Made by a program: the position numbers and the translations under genes. The notes beneath the pieces are model-generated. The model made no database searches. It was not told the DNA's origin and saw nothing but the letters and a program-made list of their open reading frames with translations. Shown here in pieces: positions 9,620-20,379 of a DNA stretch of 64,000 nt (its first letter is position 1; each line of letters begins with the position of its first letter). Source of the stretch: Acidimicrobiia bacterium (GTDB lineage Bacteria > Actinomycetota > Acidimicrobiia > Spongiisociales > ZC4RG35); the NCBI GenBank assembly GCA_965203555.1, contig CBDBCY010000004.1:1440001-1504000 (forward strand). Reading direction: 5' to 3'.

Positions 9620-11422
9620 TTAGGCCTCGATCCAGGTGTCGTTGTAGTAGGGATAGAGGAGCCACACGAACGGCGACCAGCCGTGTACCCGGTTGTTCTT
9701 CACGAACGTGGAGTTCTGGTTGATGAAGGACATGTTGGGCAGCGTCTCCGCCCAGGCGATCTGGAAATCGGACTGCGCCTTGGCGGCTGCCTCGACCGTT
9801 CCGGCGTTCTGCCAGTCGGAGATCGCCTGGTCGATGCGAGGCTCGTTGGCGTGGGACCAGTTCGGGACCGGGATGGTGTAGCTGGCGCAGAACAGCGTCA
9901 GGACGTCGATCGGTATGGGCCACAGCCACATGAACAGACCGGCGGCCACTTCCGGACCTCCGGCCCTCTCGAACCACACCGCCCGGTCGACCACGTTCAC
10001 ATCCGCCTGTGCGCCCACCTGGGCGAACTGCGCGGCGGCGGCGGTGCCGATAGCGGTCTGCAGAGACTCGTTCTCCACCATGAATTCGAACTGAAGCGGG
10101 ACCCCGTCACGTTCTCTCACCCCGTCGGAGCCCATCGACCAGCCGGCCGCGTCCAGCAACCGGTTGGCCTCGGCCACGTCGTAGTTGTTGTACTGCTCCA
10201 CCGCCGGGTCGTAGAAGCGGTCGGTGGTGGGGAAGGGACCGTAGGTGGCGGCGCCGTTGCCGAACAGCAGCGCCTGCACCATGCCCTCCCGGTCCACGGC
10301 GTGGGAGAGGCCGCGGCGGGTCTCGACGTCCCCGAAGATCTCCGGGAAGTTCTCCCGGTTCATGAACATGAAATAACCGGACCACTCGGCGTGCTGATAG
10401 ACGGTCAGGTCCGGATTGCCCTGCAGCCGGGCCAAGTCCTGGTGGGCGGGGTTCAGCAGCGTGTCGATATCCCCGTTCTCCAACTGGGTGGCCCGCTGGC
10501 CGGCCTCGGTGATCACCGTCCACCGGATAGCGTCGAGGTGAGCGGTCCCCTTGTTCTCGAAGTAAGGGACGTTGCTGCCGGGGTACTCGTCCCAGCGCTC
10601 GACGTAGGAGTGGCTCCCTGGTACCCATTCGGTGTGCTTGAACGGACCGGTGGCGTCCACGACCTCGGTGCCGTAGACCGAGGCAACGACACTCTCGCCC
10701 GCCAAGCCGGTCTCGTCGTCATAGCCGCCCACATCCTTCCAAGTGTTGATGTTGGCTATGCGCCAGTAGCCGGTGGCCAGGGGTCCGAGGGTGCCCACCC
10801 AGGCATTGTTCATCTTGGCGACCACCTGGTTCCCGTCCACCTCGTAGTGGCTGATCGGCGACGCCAGGCTGGCGATGAAGCTGAACTTCTGGATGCGGTA
10901 GAACTCGGCCACGTCGGCGGCAGTGATGGTGCCGCCCGAATGGGACTGACGGTCCTCAACCGTAAACCGGTACTCGAGACCGTCGTCGGATACGCTGAAG
11001 TCAGTGCAGAACTGGGGAACGAAGTCGCCGTCGGGTGAGACGGTGACGATCGCCTCGTAGATGGCGAAGAACGCCGGATCGTACCAGTTGGTGGTAATCG
11101 GGTCGTGCTTGGAGACGTCCCGGTTGTATCCCTCGCGCAGGGTGCCGCCCTTGGTGGGACCCATTGGTTCAGGGGCGGCCGTGGTCTCAGGGGCGGCGGT
11201 GGTCTCGGCTGCCGCGGCCGTGGTGGCAGGCGCCGCCGTGGTGGTAGGGGCCGCCGTGGTGGCCGCCGGCTCCTCATCGCCGCCGCAGGAGGCCAGGATT
11301 GCAGCCGCGGCCGTGGCCCCGATTCCGGCTGCACCCACCTTCTTGAGAAACTGGCGGCGGTTTAATTTCTTCTGCTGATAGTCATCCAGAATGCTCTGGA
11401 TCTCTGGACTGCTCTCCGTCAT
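9620..11422 (-). CDS. ABC substrate-binding lipoprotein, SBP_bac_5 family, Tat signal
   Basis: NRRQFLK twin-arginine motif, LASC lipobox, Ala/Thr/Pro linker, TGPFK and GDIDT motifs. Confidence 0.92.
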   Translation of the reverse strand: MTESSPEIQSILDDYQQKKLNRRQFLKKVGAAGIGATAAAAILASCGGDEEPAATTAAPTTTAAPATTAAAAETTAAPETTAAPEPMGPTKGGTLREGYNRDVSKHDPITTNWYDPAFFAIYEAIVTVSPDGDFVPQFCTDFSVSDDGLEYRFTVEDRQSHSGGTITAADVAEFYRIQKFSFIASLASPISHYEVDGNQVVAKMNNAWVGTLGPLATGYWRIANINTWKDVGGYDDETGLAGESVVASVYGTEVVDATGPFKHTEWVPGSHSYVERWDEYPGSNVPYFENKGTAHLDAIRWTVITEAGQRATQLENGDIDTLLNPAHQDLARLQGNPDLTVYQHAEWSGYFMFMNRENFPEIFGDVETRRGLSHAVDREGMVQALLFGNGAATYGPFPTTDRFYDPAVEQYNNYDVAEANRLLDAAGWSMGSDGVRERDGVPLQFEFMVENESLQTAIGTAAAAQFAQVGAQADVNVVDRAVWFERAGGPEVAAGLFMWLWPIPIDVLTLFCASYTIPVPNWSHANEPRIDQAISDWQNAGTVEAAAKAQSDFQIAWAETLPNMSFINQNSTFVKNNRVHGWSPFVWLLYPYYNDTWIEA

Positions 11423-11674
11423 CGGTCCACTCCTTCTTGCCAAACTCTTATCACAGCGGATCAAGGGCCGTCAAACCCCTACTCATGAACTTTGCGACTC
11501 AGAATAGCAATCCACTCCGAACGCGCTCGCTGATCCCATGGTAACCAATCCGCCCCAAGCCCACCCCGGTGAGGGACCTCGTGGATAGTGTCGAGGGGAA
11601 GCCGGGACCCGGCGCCGCCGGATCCCGGCTGGGGAACCCCTTAGCATTGCAGACCACGACCGATAGGAGCAGGC

Positions 11675-12481
11675 ATGTGTACCACCGGCGCCCTGCGTAC
11701 CGACAACGGATACCTACTGTTCAAGAACAAGGACTTCGGGCGCGCCAGTTTCGAGGATCTGCTGGTGATCGAGGAGGACGTTTTCGGAATAGCCGGGGTG
11801 GAGACCTGGGCCGGAACCGACCCCGACCTGGACCGATTCTCCGGATTCTCACTGGGCGCCAACCGCCACGGATTGCTGTGCTGCGATTCCAACGTGCGGA
11901 CCGTGGCGGGTTTGAACTACGACCGGCTGACGGAAATCGCCCTCCGGGAGGGAACCGACGTCCGGAGCGGGGTGGCAGCCGTGGAGCGGGCCATGAGTCG
12001 GCATCCCTACATCTGGGCGAATCTGGTGATGATCGATCAACATGAGCTGGCCACGGTGGAGGTGCGGGGGCAGGAAATGAAAGCCACCCTGCATGCCGAC
12101 GACCGGATAGCCCGGTCCAACCATCATGTGGAACTGGGCGCCACCCCCGACGACGACGACACCGTCACCACCGGTCCCCGGCTGCGGTCGGCTACCCGGC
12201 GCATCACCGACGCCCACCAATTGTCGGACATCTTCGGACTTCAGGAGTCCCACGACGACGGCGACTCGGGAATCTGCAACCACACTTCGTACGACACCGT
12301 CTACTCCTACGTGTTCGAACGCCGTGACGACGCCACCACTTTGCATGTGACCCAGGGCAAACCGTGCGAGAACCCCGGCCGCCTCGCCCTGCGCCTCCCC
12401 CTCGGATCGGAGTGGAACCCCGCCGCCGTCGGCGCCTTTCAGGACACCTACCCGTCGCAGCGGATTTCATCTCCGGCCTGA
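11675..12481 (+). CDS. N-terminal nucleophile (Ntn) cysteine hydrolase, peptidase C45/AAT-like
   Basis: Begins MCTT (Cys nucleophile); LFKNKD, GANRHGL and RSNH motifs; AGGAG RBS. Confidence 0.75.
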   Translation: MCTTGALRTDNGYLLFKNKDFGRASFEDLLVIEEDVFGIAGVETWAGTDPDLDRFSGFSLGANRHGLLCCDSNVRTVAGLNYDRLTEIALREGTDVRSGVAAVERAMSRHPYIWANLVMIDQHELATVEVRGQEMKATLHADDRIARSNHHVELGATPDDDDTVTTGPRLRSATRRITDAHQLSDIFGLQESHDDGDSGICNHTSYDTVYSYVFERRDDATTLHVTQGKPCENPGRLALRLPLGSEWNPAAVGAFQDTYPSQRISSPA

Positions 12482-12611
12482 CCCCTCGCCCTTCACGCGC
12501 ACAGGTCCCCTCCCATTCGGCGCCTGCCGCGGCGCTTCCCTACTGCAAGTTCCAGGAGGTGACGGCCGAGGAAAAACATTTACGAGGTAATTTCAGATCA
12601 AAACTGGCTCT

Positions 12612-12731
12612 ATTTATTAATATCTTTCCTCAATATATGGGACTTTAGGGGCGATTTGCCGAAAGATATTATAATCTTTTGGCAAAAGGGGTTAGAATCA
12701 ACTTTATAAAGGAAAGATATTACAATCTTTT
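12612..12731. repeat. Three AT-rich imperfect palindromes (AAAGATA-n-ATCTTT type) at 52 and 51 bp spacing
   Basis: ATCTTT half-sites end at 12627, 12679 and 12730. Confidence 0.75.
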
Positions 12732-12736
12732 CGCAT

Positions 12737-14377
12737 ATGGCGCTCCGGTCCAACTTCCATGACATACCAGATCAACTCACGGTTAAGGATTTCTGGGAGT
12801 TGTTCGGAAAGATCGAGCATGAGGAACTCGACTTCAAGAAGGGAGTCTCCGACAGCATCCTCACCACGATTCCAGCCATGGCCATGACAAATGGGGGAAT
12901 CATCATCCATGGCGTAACCGACAATCGGACCATCGTCGGTTGCCCACGGTCGCAAAAAACCGTGAACGGCATCACGCAACGCGCCTATGAATGCGGGGTC
13001 CAGGTCGAGACCCGTTCCATCATGGTTGGGAAAAAGCAACTCACCCTCACGTGGGTGCCGGAGATCAGGGGACGGATCGTCACGACCCCCGACGGCCGGT
13101 TGCTGAGACGCTCGGGTGAGCAGTCCCGGCCTCTCCGGGGAGACGCCCTCGGCTGGTTTGTGCGCGCTCGGACAGAACTTTCGGGAGAAGATGAACCGGT
13201 GGCGGGTTTCGGCCCGTCCGATCTGGATTTGGCTTCCCTCAATCAGGCCCTCGAAGCCGACGGCCATGCCGGCGCCAGCCATGACAATGCCCTGAGGGCG
13301 CTGTGCGATTTGCATGTGGCAGAGATGAAATCCACCTCTTCCGATCCCACCGTGCTGCGCGCCGCGGTCGTTCTCTTTGCTAAGGACCCTGGGCGATTCA
13401 TACCGCGAGGCACGGTACATCTGGTCCGTCGCGAAGGGGTGGGTCCCGGACCGGGCCCCACCTCGGAGCGAAAGGAGATTTCAGCGCCCTTGGCCGAGAC
13501 TCTCGAGCAGTGTTTGGAGTTCATTGCCCGGCACACCAAACAGTACGACATCGTTGTCGGCACAACCCGGGATGTCCTTCCTGAGTACCCGACCCCTGTG
13601 CTCCGAGAGGCGATAATCAATGCGCTGGCGCACCGAGACTATAACCTGACCGGCGCAACAATCGACATCACGATTTGGGATGACCGCATCGAGGTCCAAA
13701 GTCCGGGGCCTCTGCCCGCTCACATAACGGTTGAAAACATGCGGAACGAGCATTTCAGCAGGAACCATCGGATCATGCGTGTTCTGAAAGGCATGAAGCT
13801 GGTAGAGGAGTACGGCGAAGGGGTGGATCGCATGTTCAGGGAGATGGAAGCACGCCTCATGGAACCACCCATTTTTCTCGGCAGCGACAGTTCGGTGACT
13901 GTAACGCTACGAAACCGGTTTCTCGTCGATGTCGAAGACCAGGTTTGGCTGGCCTTGCTCGGGGGCTACCACCTGACCGCAGACGAACGTCGCATCCTGG
14001 TAGCGGCTCGAAAGGAAGGCGCTGTTACGCCCCGGCGGGTTAGGCAACTGCTTCCCAGTCGCGAAGTCACCAAGCTGCTGTCCGGAGGGGTGGCCAAGGG
14101 TCTGCTTACGCGAATCGGAAGGAGAGGAGGATCCCGGTATGTGCTGTCAGATGAGGTGCTCCTGAGGGTCGGCAGCACAGCCATGGAGGCGCAAAACCGC
14201 AAGAGGCAGATGCTTTTGGACGAGATAAACCGAGTTGGAAGCATCTCGACCGTAGAAGGAGCGCAACTCTTGGGCGAAGAGATGGCCATGGTGAGAAGCA
14301 TCCTGAACGACTTGGCTCGGGCAGGCCTGACTCGTGCAGAGGGCCGGACCAGGGCACGACGTTATTACCGCCCTTAG
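12737..14377 (+). CDS. AlbA_2/Schlafen domain + HATPase_c_4 (RecG-C-like) + HTH protein
   Basis: EHEELDFK..AMAMTNGGIIIHGVTD (AlbA_2); YPTPVLREAIINALAHRDY, IEVQSPG, SRN and GEGV (ATPase); C-terminal wHTH-like segments. Confidence 0.88.
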   Translation: MALRSNFHDIPDQLTVKDFWELFGKIEHEELDFKKGVSDSILTTIPAMAMTNGGIIIHGVTDNRTIVGCPRSQKTVNGITQRAYECGVQVETRSIMVGKKQLTLTWVPEIRGRIVTTPDGRLLRRSGEQSRPLRGDALGWFVRARTELSGEDEPVAGFGPSDLDLASLNQALEADGHAGASHDNALRALCDLHVAEMKSTSSDPTVLRAAVVLFAKDPGRFIPRGTVHLVRREGVGPGPGPTSERKEISAPLAETLEQCLEFIARHTKQYDIVVGTTRDVLPEYPTPVLREAIINALAHRDYNLTGATIDITIWDDRIEVQSPGPLPAHITVENMRNEHFSRNHRIMRVLKGMKLVEEYGEGVDRMFREMEARLMEPPIFLGSDSSVTVTLRNRFLVDVEDQVWLALLGGYHLTADERRILVAARKEGAVTPRRVRQLLPSREVTKLLSGGVAKGLLTRIGRRGGSRYVLSDEVLLRVGSTAMEAQNRKRQMLLDEINRVGSISTVEGAQLLGEEMAMVRSILNDLARAGLTRAEGRTRARRYYRP

Positions 14378-14384
14378 CTATCAA

Positions 14385-14626
14385 ACTTATTAATATCTTT
14401 CTATAACAAAAGGGGTAATCGACCTATATTCGGCAAAGATAAGAATATCTTTATTTCAAATCGCCAGAAGAAATCCGCTGATTCCACCCGTCTGCCCAAA
14501 TGCTCTGTTAGCCCTTTTGATCGCTAAGGTCCTTTACCCACTTTTATCGCCAATTTATTAATATCTTTCCCCCGAAAGGAGCATATAGCCTTTTATTCGC
14601 GAAAGATAGAAATATCTTTCGCGAAT
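14385..14626. repeat. Four more copies of the same palindrome, as two pairs spaced 52 and 51 bp
   Basis: ATCTTT half-sites end at 14400, 14452, 14568 and 14619. The last lies within a 14-bp perfect inverted repeat, attcgcgaaagata-gaaa-tatctttcgcgaat. Confidence 0.75.
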
Positions 14627-14630
14627 TCCT

Positions 14631-16085
14631 TCACAGATAGATCGCCGATTCGACCAGATTGAGGAGAGGCTGGGGAAAGATTCCGAGGATCACCGTGACG
14701 GCGGTGGCCACGCCCAGGGCCCAGAAAGTGGGGCGGTCGAACTCCACCGGGTCGTCGGTGGCGGGAGACTGCATGTACATGGTCACGATCACCCGCAGGT
14801 ACAGATAGATCGCCACCGCCGAGGCGAGCACTGCCACCACCACCAACCACTCGAGGTCTTCTCGCCAGGCTTGGAGGAACACGCCCAGTTTGGCCACGAA
14901 ACCGGTGGTGAGGGGAAGACCCGCCATGCCGAGCAGCGACACCGACAGGACCACCGCCAGAAACGGCGAGCGACGGTACAGGCCCCGATAGTCGGACAGC
15001 GCCGATCCGGAGGAGGCCGCTCCTCCCACCGCCGAGATGACCGAGAATGCCGCCACCAGTTGCACGGTGTAGACCGCCAGATAGAACCAGACCGAGGGCG
15101 ATCCCGGGGCGCCGGACGCCAGCCCTGTCAGAATAAAACCGGCGTGGGCCACCCCTGAGTAGGCCAGCAGGCGACGGATATCGGTCGAGATTATGGCCAT
15201 CACCGCTCCCACCAGCATGGAGAGGGCGGCGATTCCCGCCACCACCAGCGCCCAGTCGGCCCGGAAGGTCCCGAAGCCGGATAAAAGCACCCGGGCCAAG
15301 GCCGCGAATCCTCCCACCTTGGCCACCGCCGCCATGTAGCCCACTATCCCGGCCGGGGCGCCCTGGTAGACATCCGGCGCCCACACGTGGAACGGGGCGG
15401 CCGCCACCTTGAAGCAAAGACCCACCGTGATAAGACCGATCCCGATCAGAAGAACAGCCGGAGAGAGCACCAGGTACCGGGCGAGAAAATCTCCGATGGC
15501 CGTCAGTCCCAGCGAACCGGTCCCCGCAAACACCAGGGCGGCGCCGTAGATGAACACCGCCGAGGCCACCGCCCCCAACAACAGGTATTTGATGGCCGCC
15601 TCGTCCGAGCGAACTCCGTCTCCGGTGATGCCGGCCAGAATGTAGAGAGAGATGGAACCCATCTCCAGCCCCAGAAACATCATCACCAGGTTCTGGGAGG
15701 CGGCCATCAACACGAAGCCGGCCGCTGCCAGGAGCACCAGCGCCAACCCTTCCGCCGCCCGGTTGCCCAACTGGGCAAAGAGGCTGCGCCCGGCCGCCAT
15801 CGCCAGGATGGAGACCACCAGCACCACCAGGCGCGCAAAGGCCGCCGCCGGGTCGAAGACCAGCATCCCTCCGAATGCCAACTCCCCTCCAGGTTCGGTG
15901 ACCATCCACTGCCAGATTCCCAAAGCAAGGGCCGCCACCACGATCGCCATTCCGGATCTCCACAGGACCCCGACACCCGGCTTCATCTGGACGTCCAGCA
16001 AAAGCAAAAACACCGCCCCCAGCACCATTACCAACTCGGGGGCCAGGCCGGCCCAGGCGATATCGGGGAAGGCGCCCGGACTCAC
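14631..16085 (-). CDS. nuoN: NADH-quinone oxidoreductase subunit N
   Basis: EAAIKY, FKVAAAPFHVWAPDVYQGAP and RLLAYSGVAHAG motifs; last gene of the operon. Confidence 0.95.
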   Translation of the reverse strand: MSPGAFPDIAWAGLAPELVMVLGAVFLLLLDVQMKPGVGVLWRSGMAIVVAALALGIWQWMVTEPGGELAFGGMLVFDPAAAFARLVVLVVSILAMAAGRSLFAQLGNRAAEGLALVLLAAAGFVLMAASQNLVMMFLGLEMGSISLYILAGITGDGVRSDEAAIKYLLLGAVASAVFIYGAALVFAGTGSLGLTAIGDFLARYLVLSPAVLLIGIGLITVGLCFKVAAAPFHVWAPDVYQGAPAGIVGYMAAVAKVGGFAALARVLLSGFGTFRADWALVVAGIAALSMLVGAVMAIISTDIRRLLAYSGVAHAGFILTGLASGAPGSPSVWFYLAVYTVQLVAAFSVISAVGGAASSGSALSDYRGLYRRSPFLAVVLSVSLLGMAGLPLTTGFVAKLGVFLQAWREDLEWLVVVAVLASAVAIYLYLRVIVTMYMQSPATDDPVEFDRPTFWALGVATAVTVILGIFPQPLLNLVESAIYL

Positions 16086-17629
16086 TGTTCATCCTCCCCG
16101 GATGCCGAGGCGAACACATCCGCCAGCCGGCCGGGAGAAGGCGCCTGGTAATCGGTGGTCTGCTCGATACGATCCAAAATGGCCTCGACGGAGGGGGCGG
16201 TCCGGTCCAAGAGGATCCCCGGATACAGTCCCAACAGCACCACCAGAACCGCCAGCGGCGCCAGAATCGCCGTCTCCTTGGGAGACAGATCCACCAATCT
16301 TCGGTTGGCCACTCCGGTCAGAGGTCCGGTGAACACCCGCTGATAGGCCCACAACATGTAGATGGCGGCCAGCACCACCCCGAAGGCAGCCACCACCGCA
16401 AAGGCGGGCAGGGAGGGGAAACTGCCCACCAGCACCAGGAATTCCCCGACGAACCCATTCAAACCCGGCAGGCCGATGGAAGCAAAAGCCATGAACAGGA
16501 AGAACCCGGCCATCAGGGGCACCCGACTGGCCAGACCCCCGAAGTCAGCGATCTTCTTGGTGTGTCGGCGATCGTACAGCATCCCCACCAGCAGGAACAG
16601 CGCGCCGGTGGTGAGACCGTGGTTGACGTTCTGGATCACCGCTCCCTGCAGGCCGGCGGAGGTGAGAGCGAAAATGCCGAGCACCACAAAACCGAGGTGG
16701 CTCACCGAGGAATAAGCCACCAGTTTCTTCAAATCGGGTTGGACGATCGCCACCACCGCTCCGTAGATGATCCCCACCACCGCCAGAACAGCCAGAACGG
16801 GGACCAGGGAAACAGTGGCCTCGGGAAACAGGGTGAGATTGAAACGCAGCAGCCCGTAGGTGCCGAGTTTCAGCAACACCCCGGCCAGCAGCACCGACCC
16901 GGCCGTGGGGGCTTCCACGTGGGCGTCGGGCAGCCAGGTGTGGAAAGGAAACAACGGCACTTTGATGGCAAAAGCCAGGGCAAAGGCGCCGAACAGCCAC
17001 ATCTGGGCAGTCGGAGAGATTTGCAGGTTGAGCAGAGCAAGATAGTCAAAGCTGAACGCCCCGTCCAGGCTCTGGGACGCGTGCATGACCGCCAAGGCGA
17101 TGATCGCCGCCAACAGCAATGCCGAACCGAAGGCGGTGTAGATGAAGAACTTCACCGCCGCATAAACCCGACGTTCCCCGCCCCAGATCCCGATGATCAG
17201 GTACATCGGGACCAGGATCACCTCGAAGAACACGAAAAACAGCACCAGGTCCAGCGCCAGGAAGGTCCCGATCAGACCGGTCTCCAGGACCAGCATGGCC
17301 ATCACGAACGCCTTCCGGCGGTGGGTGATGGAGTCGGAGGCGGCCAGGCTCAGCGGGAACAACAGGGTGGTGAGCGCCACCAATCCCAGCGAGATCCCGT
17401 CCACGCCCAGGTGCCAGGAGATCCCCCACGGTTCCCACCAGACCATCCTCTCCACCATCTGGAAGGAAGCCTCTCCCTTCTCGAATGAGAAGAACACCGC
17501 CCCGGCCACGCCCAGCGGGGCCACCGACACAGCCATGCCCAGCGGCAGTTGAAGTTCACGGCGCCGGGCCGGGACAAGGGCGATGACCACCGCTCCCAAG
17601 AGAGGAGTCAGTACCAGGAGAGTCAGCAT
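16082..17629 (-). CDS. nuoM: NADH-quinone oxidoreductase subunit M
   Basis: LGVDGIS, AIKVPLFPFHTWLPDAHVEAPT and LPGLNGFVGEF motifs. Confidence 0.96.
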   Translation of the reverse strand: MLTLLVLTPLLGAVVIALVPARRRELQLPLGMAVSVAPLGVAGAVFFSFEKGEASFQMVERMVWWEPWGISWHLGVDGISLGLVALTTLLFPLSLAASDSITHRRKAFVMAMLVLETGLIGTFLALDLVLFFVFFEVILVPMYLIIGIWGGERRVYAAVKFFIYTAFGSALLLAAIIALAVMHASQSLDGAFSFDYLALLNLQISPTAQMWLFGAFALAFAIKVPLFPFHTWLPDAHVEAPTAGSVLLAGVLLKLGTYGLLRFNLTLFPEATVSLVPVLAVLAVVGIIYGAVVAIVQPDLKKLVAYSSVSHLGFVVLGIFALTSAGLQGAVIQNVNHGLTTGALFLLVGMLYDRRHTKKIADFGGLASRVPLMAGFFLFMAFASIGLPGLNGFVGEFLVLVGSFPSLPAFAVVAAFGVVLAAIYMLWAYQRVFTGPLTGVANRRLVDLSPKETAILAPLAVLVVLLGLYPGILLDRTAPSVEAILDRIEQTTDYQAPSPGRLADVFASASGEDEQ

Positions 17630-17639
17630 CTGAAAGCCC

Positions 17640-19541
17640 TCACGCCACGCCCCTCACCAGTATCCAGATCAAGAACGCCACCATGCCCAACCCGAACCAA
17701 AGCCCGTACTGACGAATGAGCCCACTCTGCGCCGGGCGGATCAGGCGCCCGGTGGCCTGCACCAGCCATGCCACACCGTTCACGGCGCCGTCCACCACCT
17801 TCATATCCACCCCGAAGGCGGCGTGTTCGGCGAGTCGCCGACCGGGACCTACCAGCATCGTCCCGTACGCATCATCCACCCGGTAGGCGTTCTCCCACCA
17901 TCCCCACACCTTTCCGAATCCCGACTGGAACCGGCGCCATCCGGCGGCGGGACGATGGTACGCGAAGAAGGCCATCGCCGCTCCCACCACCCCGGCGCCG
18001 ACCGCCAGGGCCGCCAGGATCAGCACCAACCCCACCCCTTCGGGAGGATGCCCGAGATGGACGCCTTCGAATGAAGGTTCCAGAAAGTGCTCCAAACCCA
18101 GCCGGAATGGCGTGTTGATCAACCCTCCGGCCACCGACAGCACTGCCAGGATGACCAGGGGAGCGGTCATCGAACGAGGCGACTCGTGCGGCGTCACGCC
18201 GTCAGGCCAGCGGGGTTTGCCCAGGAACACCATCACGAACTGGCGGAACATGTAGAAGGCGGTGAGCAGTGCGGTTATCAGTCCGACCAGCCACAGGACC
18301 GTGTACCACCCGCCCTGGTTGAAGACCACGCTGAGGATCTCGTCCTTGGACCAGAAACCCGCCAGCGGGGGGAAGCCGGCAATGGCCACCACCCCCACTC
18401 CCATCGTCACGAAAGTAACGGGCATGGCTTTGCGCAGGCCTCCCATCTCCTCCATGTCCTGTCGTCCACCCATGGCGTGAATAACCGACCCGGCGGCCAG
18501 GAACAGAAGGGCCTTGAAGAAGGCGTGGGTCATCAGGTGGAACACGCCGGCCACATAGGCGGTGGCCCCCACCGCCAGGAACATGTAGCCCAACTGGCTG
18601 ATGGTCGAATAGGCCAGGACCCGCTTGATGTCGGACTGGCCGATGGCGATGGTCGCCGCCCAGAGGGCGGTCAGCGCCCCCACCATGGCCACCACCCCCG
18701 ACGCCGCCGGGGCCAGGTCAAAGATCGGCGCCGAGCGGGCTATCACGTAAACCCCCGCCGTGACCATGGTGGCGGCGTGGATCAGAGCCGAGACGGGCGT
18801 GGGGCCCTCCATGGCGTCTGGCAGCCACACGTAGAGAGGTATCTGAGCAGACTTTCCGATGGCGCCGGTGGCCAGCATCAAACCTATAGCCGTGGGCGCC
18901 CAGCCGCTCAACTCCTGTGCGGCCCGGTCGAAAATTCCCGAATAGGACAGAGTCCCGAAAGTGCTGAATATCAGCATCAGGGCTATCAGGAATCCGAAGT
19001 CGCCGATCCGGTTGACCACGAACGCCTTCTTACCCGCCGACGCGGCCGACGGCTTGGTGAACCAAAAAGAGATCAGCAGATAGGAGCAGAGACCCACCAA
19101 TTCCCAGCCCACGAACAACATGGCGTAGTTTCCGGCCAGCACCAAAATGAGCATGGATGCGGTGAAGAGGTTGAGGTAGGTGAAGAAGCGGGCGAAGCGG
19201 GGGTCCCCGTGCATGTATCCCACCGAATAGATGTGAATCACCGAACCCACCCCGGTCACCACCAGGGTCATCAGCGCCGACAACGGGTCCCAGGAAATCT
19301 CGAAGGAAGCCCCCACCGCCGGCATCCACTCCCACAACAGGGACTGGGACGGGTGGCCGTCCCCGGTGAAGAACGGAACGGCGGCGACCCCTGCCACCAC
19401 AAAGGCGGCCAGTGAAGCGGCGACGGCCAGATATCCGGCCCGGGGCTCACCAACCAGCCGACCGGTGAAGTGGAGCAGCAACGCCCCACCGAGCGGGAGG
19501 GCGATTACCAACCACAGCGCCTCGGTGGGAAGCTCCATCAT
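17640..19541 (-). CDS. nuoL: NADH-quinone oxidoreductase subunit L
   Basis: [37 protein letters not shown] and HAFFKALLF motifs. Confidence 0.96.
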   Translation of the reverse strand: MMELPTEALWLVIALPLGGALLLHFTGRLVGEPRAGYLAVAASLAAFVVAGVAAVPFFTGDGHPSQSLLWEWMPAVGASFEISWDPLSALMTLVVTGVGSVIHIYSVGYMHGDPRFARFFTYLNLFTASMLILVLAGNYAMLFVGWELVGLCSYLLISFWFTKPSAASAGKKAFVVNRIGDFGFLIALMLIFSTFGTLSYSGIFDRAAQELSGWAPTAIGLMLATGAIGKSAQIPLYVWLPDAMEGPTPVSALIHAATMVTAGVYVIARSAPIFDLAPAASGVVAMVGALTALWAATIAIGQSDIKRVLAYSTISQLGYMFLAVGATAYVAGVFHLMTHAFFKALLFLAAGSVIHAMGGRQDMEEMGGLRKAMPVTFVTMGVGVVAIAGFPPLAGFWSKDEILSVVFNQGGWYTVLWLVGLITALLTAFYMFRQFVMVFLGKPRWPDGVTPHESPRSMTAPLVILAVLSVAGGLINTPFRLGLEHFLEPSFEGVHLGHPPEGVGLVLILAALAVGAGVVGAAMAFFAYHRPAAGWRRFQSGFGKVWGWWENAYRVDDAYGTMLVGPGRRLAEHAAFGVDMKVVDGAVNGVAWLVQATGRLIRPAQSGLIRQYGLWFGLGMVAFLIWILVRGVA

Positions 19542-19846
19542 CCCCGAAGAGCCGCCAGTTCGTCAACCGAGGCGGTGGCCCGCCTCCGGAAGATGGCCAC
19601 GATGATGGCCAGGCCCACCACCACCTCCGCGGCAGCCACCACCAATACGAAAAAGACCGCCACCTGTCCGTCCAGCACTCCCAACGCCCGGCCGGCCGCC
19701 ACGAAAGTGAGGTTCACCGCGTTGAGCATCAACTCCACGCACATGAACATCACCAGGGCGTTTCGCCTGATCAGGACTCCGGTCATGCCCAGCACGAACA
19801 GCACGGCGGCCAGAGTCATGTACCAGCCGGGAGTGACTTCCAGCAT
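19538..19846 (-). CDS. nuoK: NADH-quinone oxidoreductase subunit K
   Basis: [20 protein letters not shown] and [11 protein letters not shown] motifs. Confidence 0.95.
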   Translation of the reverse strand: MLEVTPGWYMTLAAVLFVLGMTGVLIRRNALVMFMCVELMLNAVNLTFVAAGRALGVLDGQVAVFFVLVVAAAEVVVGLAIIVAIFRRRATASVDELAALRG

Positions 19847-20379
19847 CACTTCTCCGCCGAAGCCTTCCCTGAACGACCGTAAAACGCCAACGCGATCGCC
19901 CCCACCGCGGCGATGGTCAGCAACAGGGCGGTGACCTCGACCCCCAACACCCAGGTTGTGAACAGTTCCCCTCCCAGAGCCTGAACGGTCCCGTTGGGAA
20001 TCGGTACCGATTCCGCGGCGGCCGGCGTCCAGGAGAACCTGCCCCTCCAAACCAGTACCGCAGCCCCCACGGCCACCGACAGGGCGAAGCCGGCCACCAG
20101 TTTCCGCTGCAGCGGGATGGTTTCCGAGGTGTCCTCGGCCCGATCCACACCGATGAACATGATCACGAACAAGAACAAGGTAAGCACCGCCCCGGCGTAG
20201 ACCACCACCTGCACCGCCGCCACCAGGTGAGCGAGGTTCACCACGTAGATCACCGCCAGGGAGACCAGGGCCGCCAGCATCCCCAGAGCGGATCTGACCG
20301 GGTTACGGGCCAGCACCACCGTCAGGCCCCCGGCCAGGGTACCCAAACCCATCAGCACGAAGACGACCAATTCAACCAT
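19846..20379 (-). CDS. nuoJ: NADH-quinone oxidoreductase subunit J
   Basis: RNPVRSAL and [18 protein letters not shown] motifs. Confidence 0.93.
   Translation of the reverse strand: MVELVVFVLMGLGTLAGGLTVVLARNPVRSALGMLAALVSLAVIYVVNLAHLVAAVQVVVYAGAVLTLFLFVIMFIGVDRAEDTSETIPLQRKLVAGFALSVAVGAAVLVWRGRFSWTPAAAESVPIPNGTVQALGGELFTTWVLGVEVTALLLTIAAVGAIALAFYGRSGKASAEK

Noticed and set aside
11165-11270. Short tandem repeats in the SBP gene
   Set aside because: They encode the ordinary Ala/Thr/Pro lipoprotein linker.
12612-14626. CRISPR array (palindromic repeats with ~33-nt spacers)
   Set aside because: Repeats are only about 18 nt, degenerate, occur in groups of 2-3, and no cas genes are present. 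Kept as an unexplained repeat.
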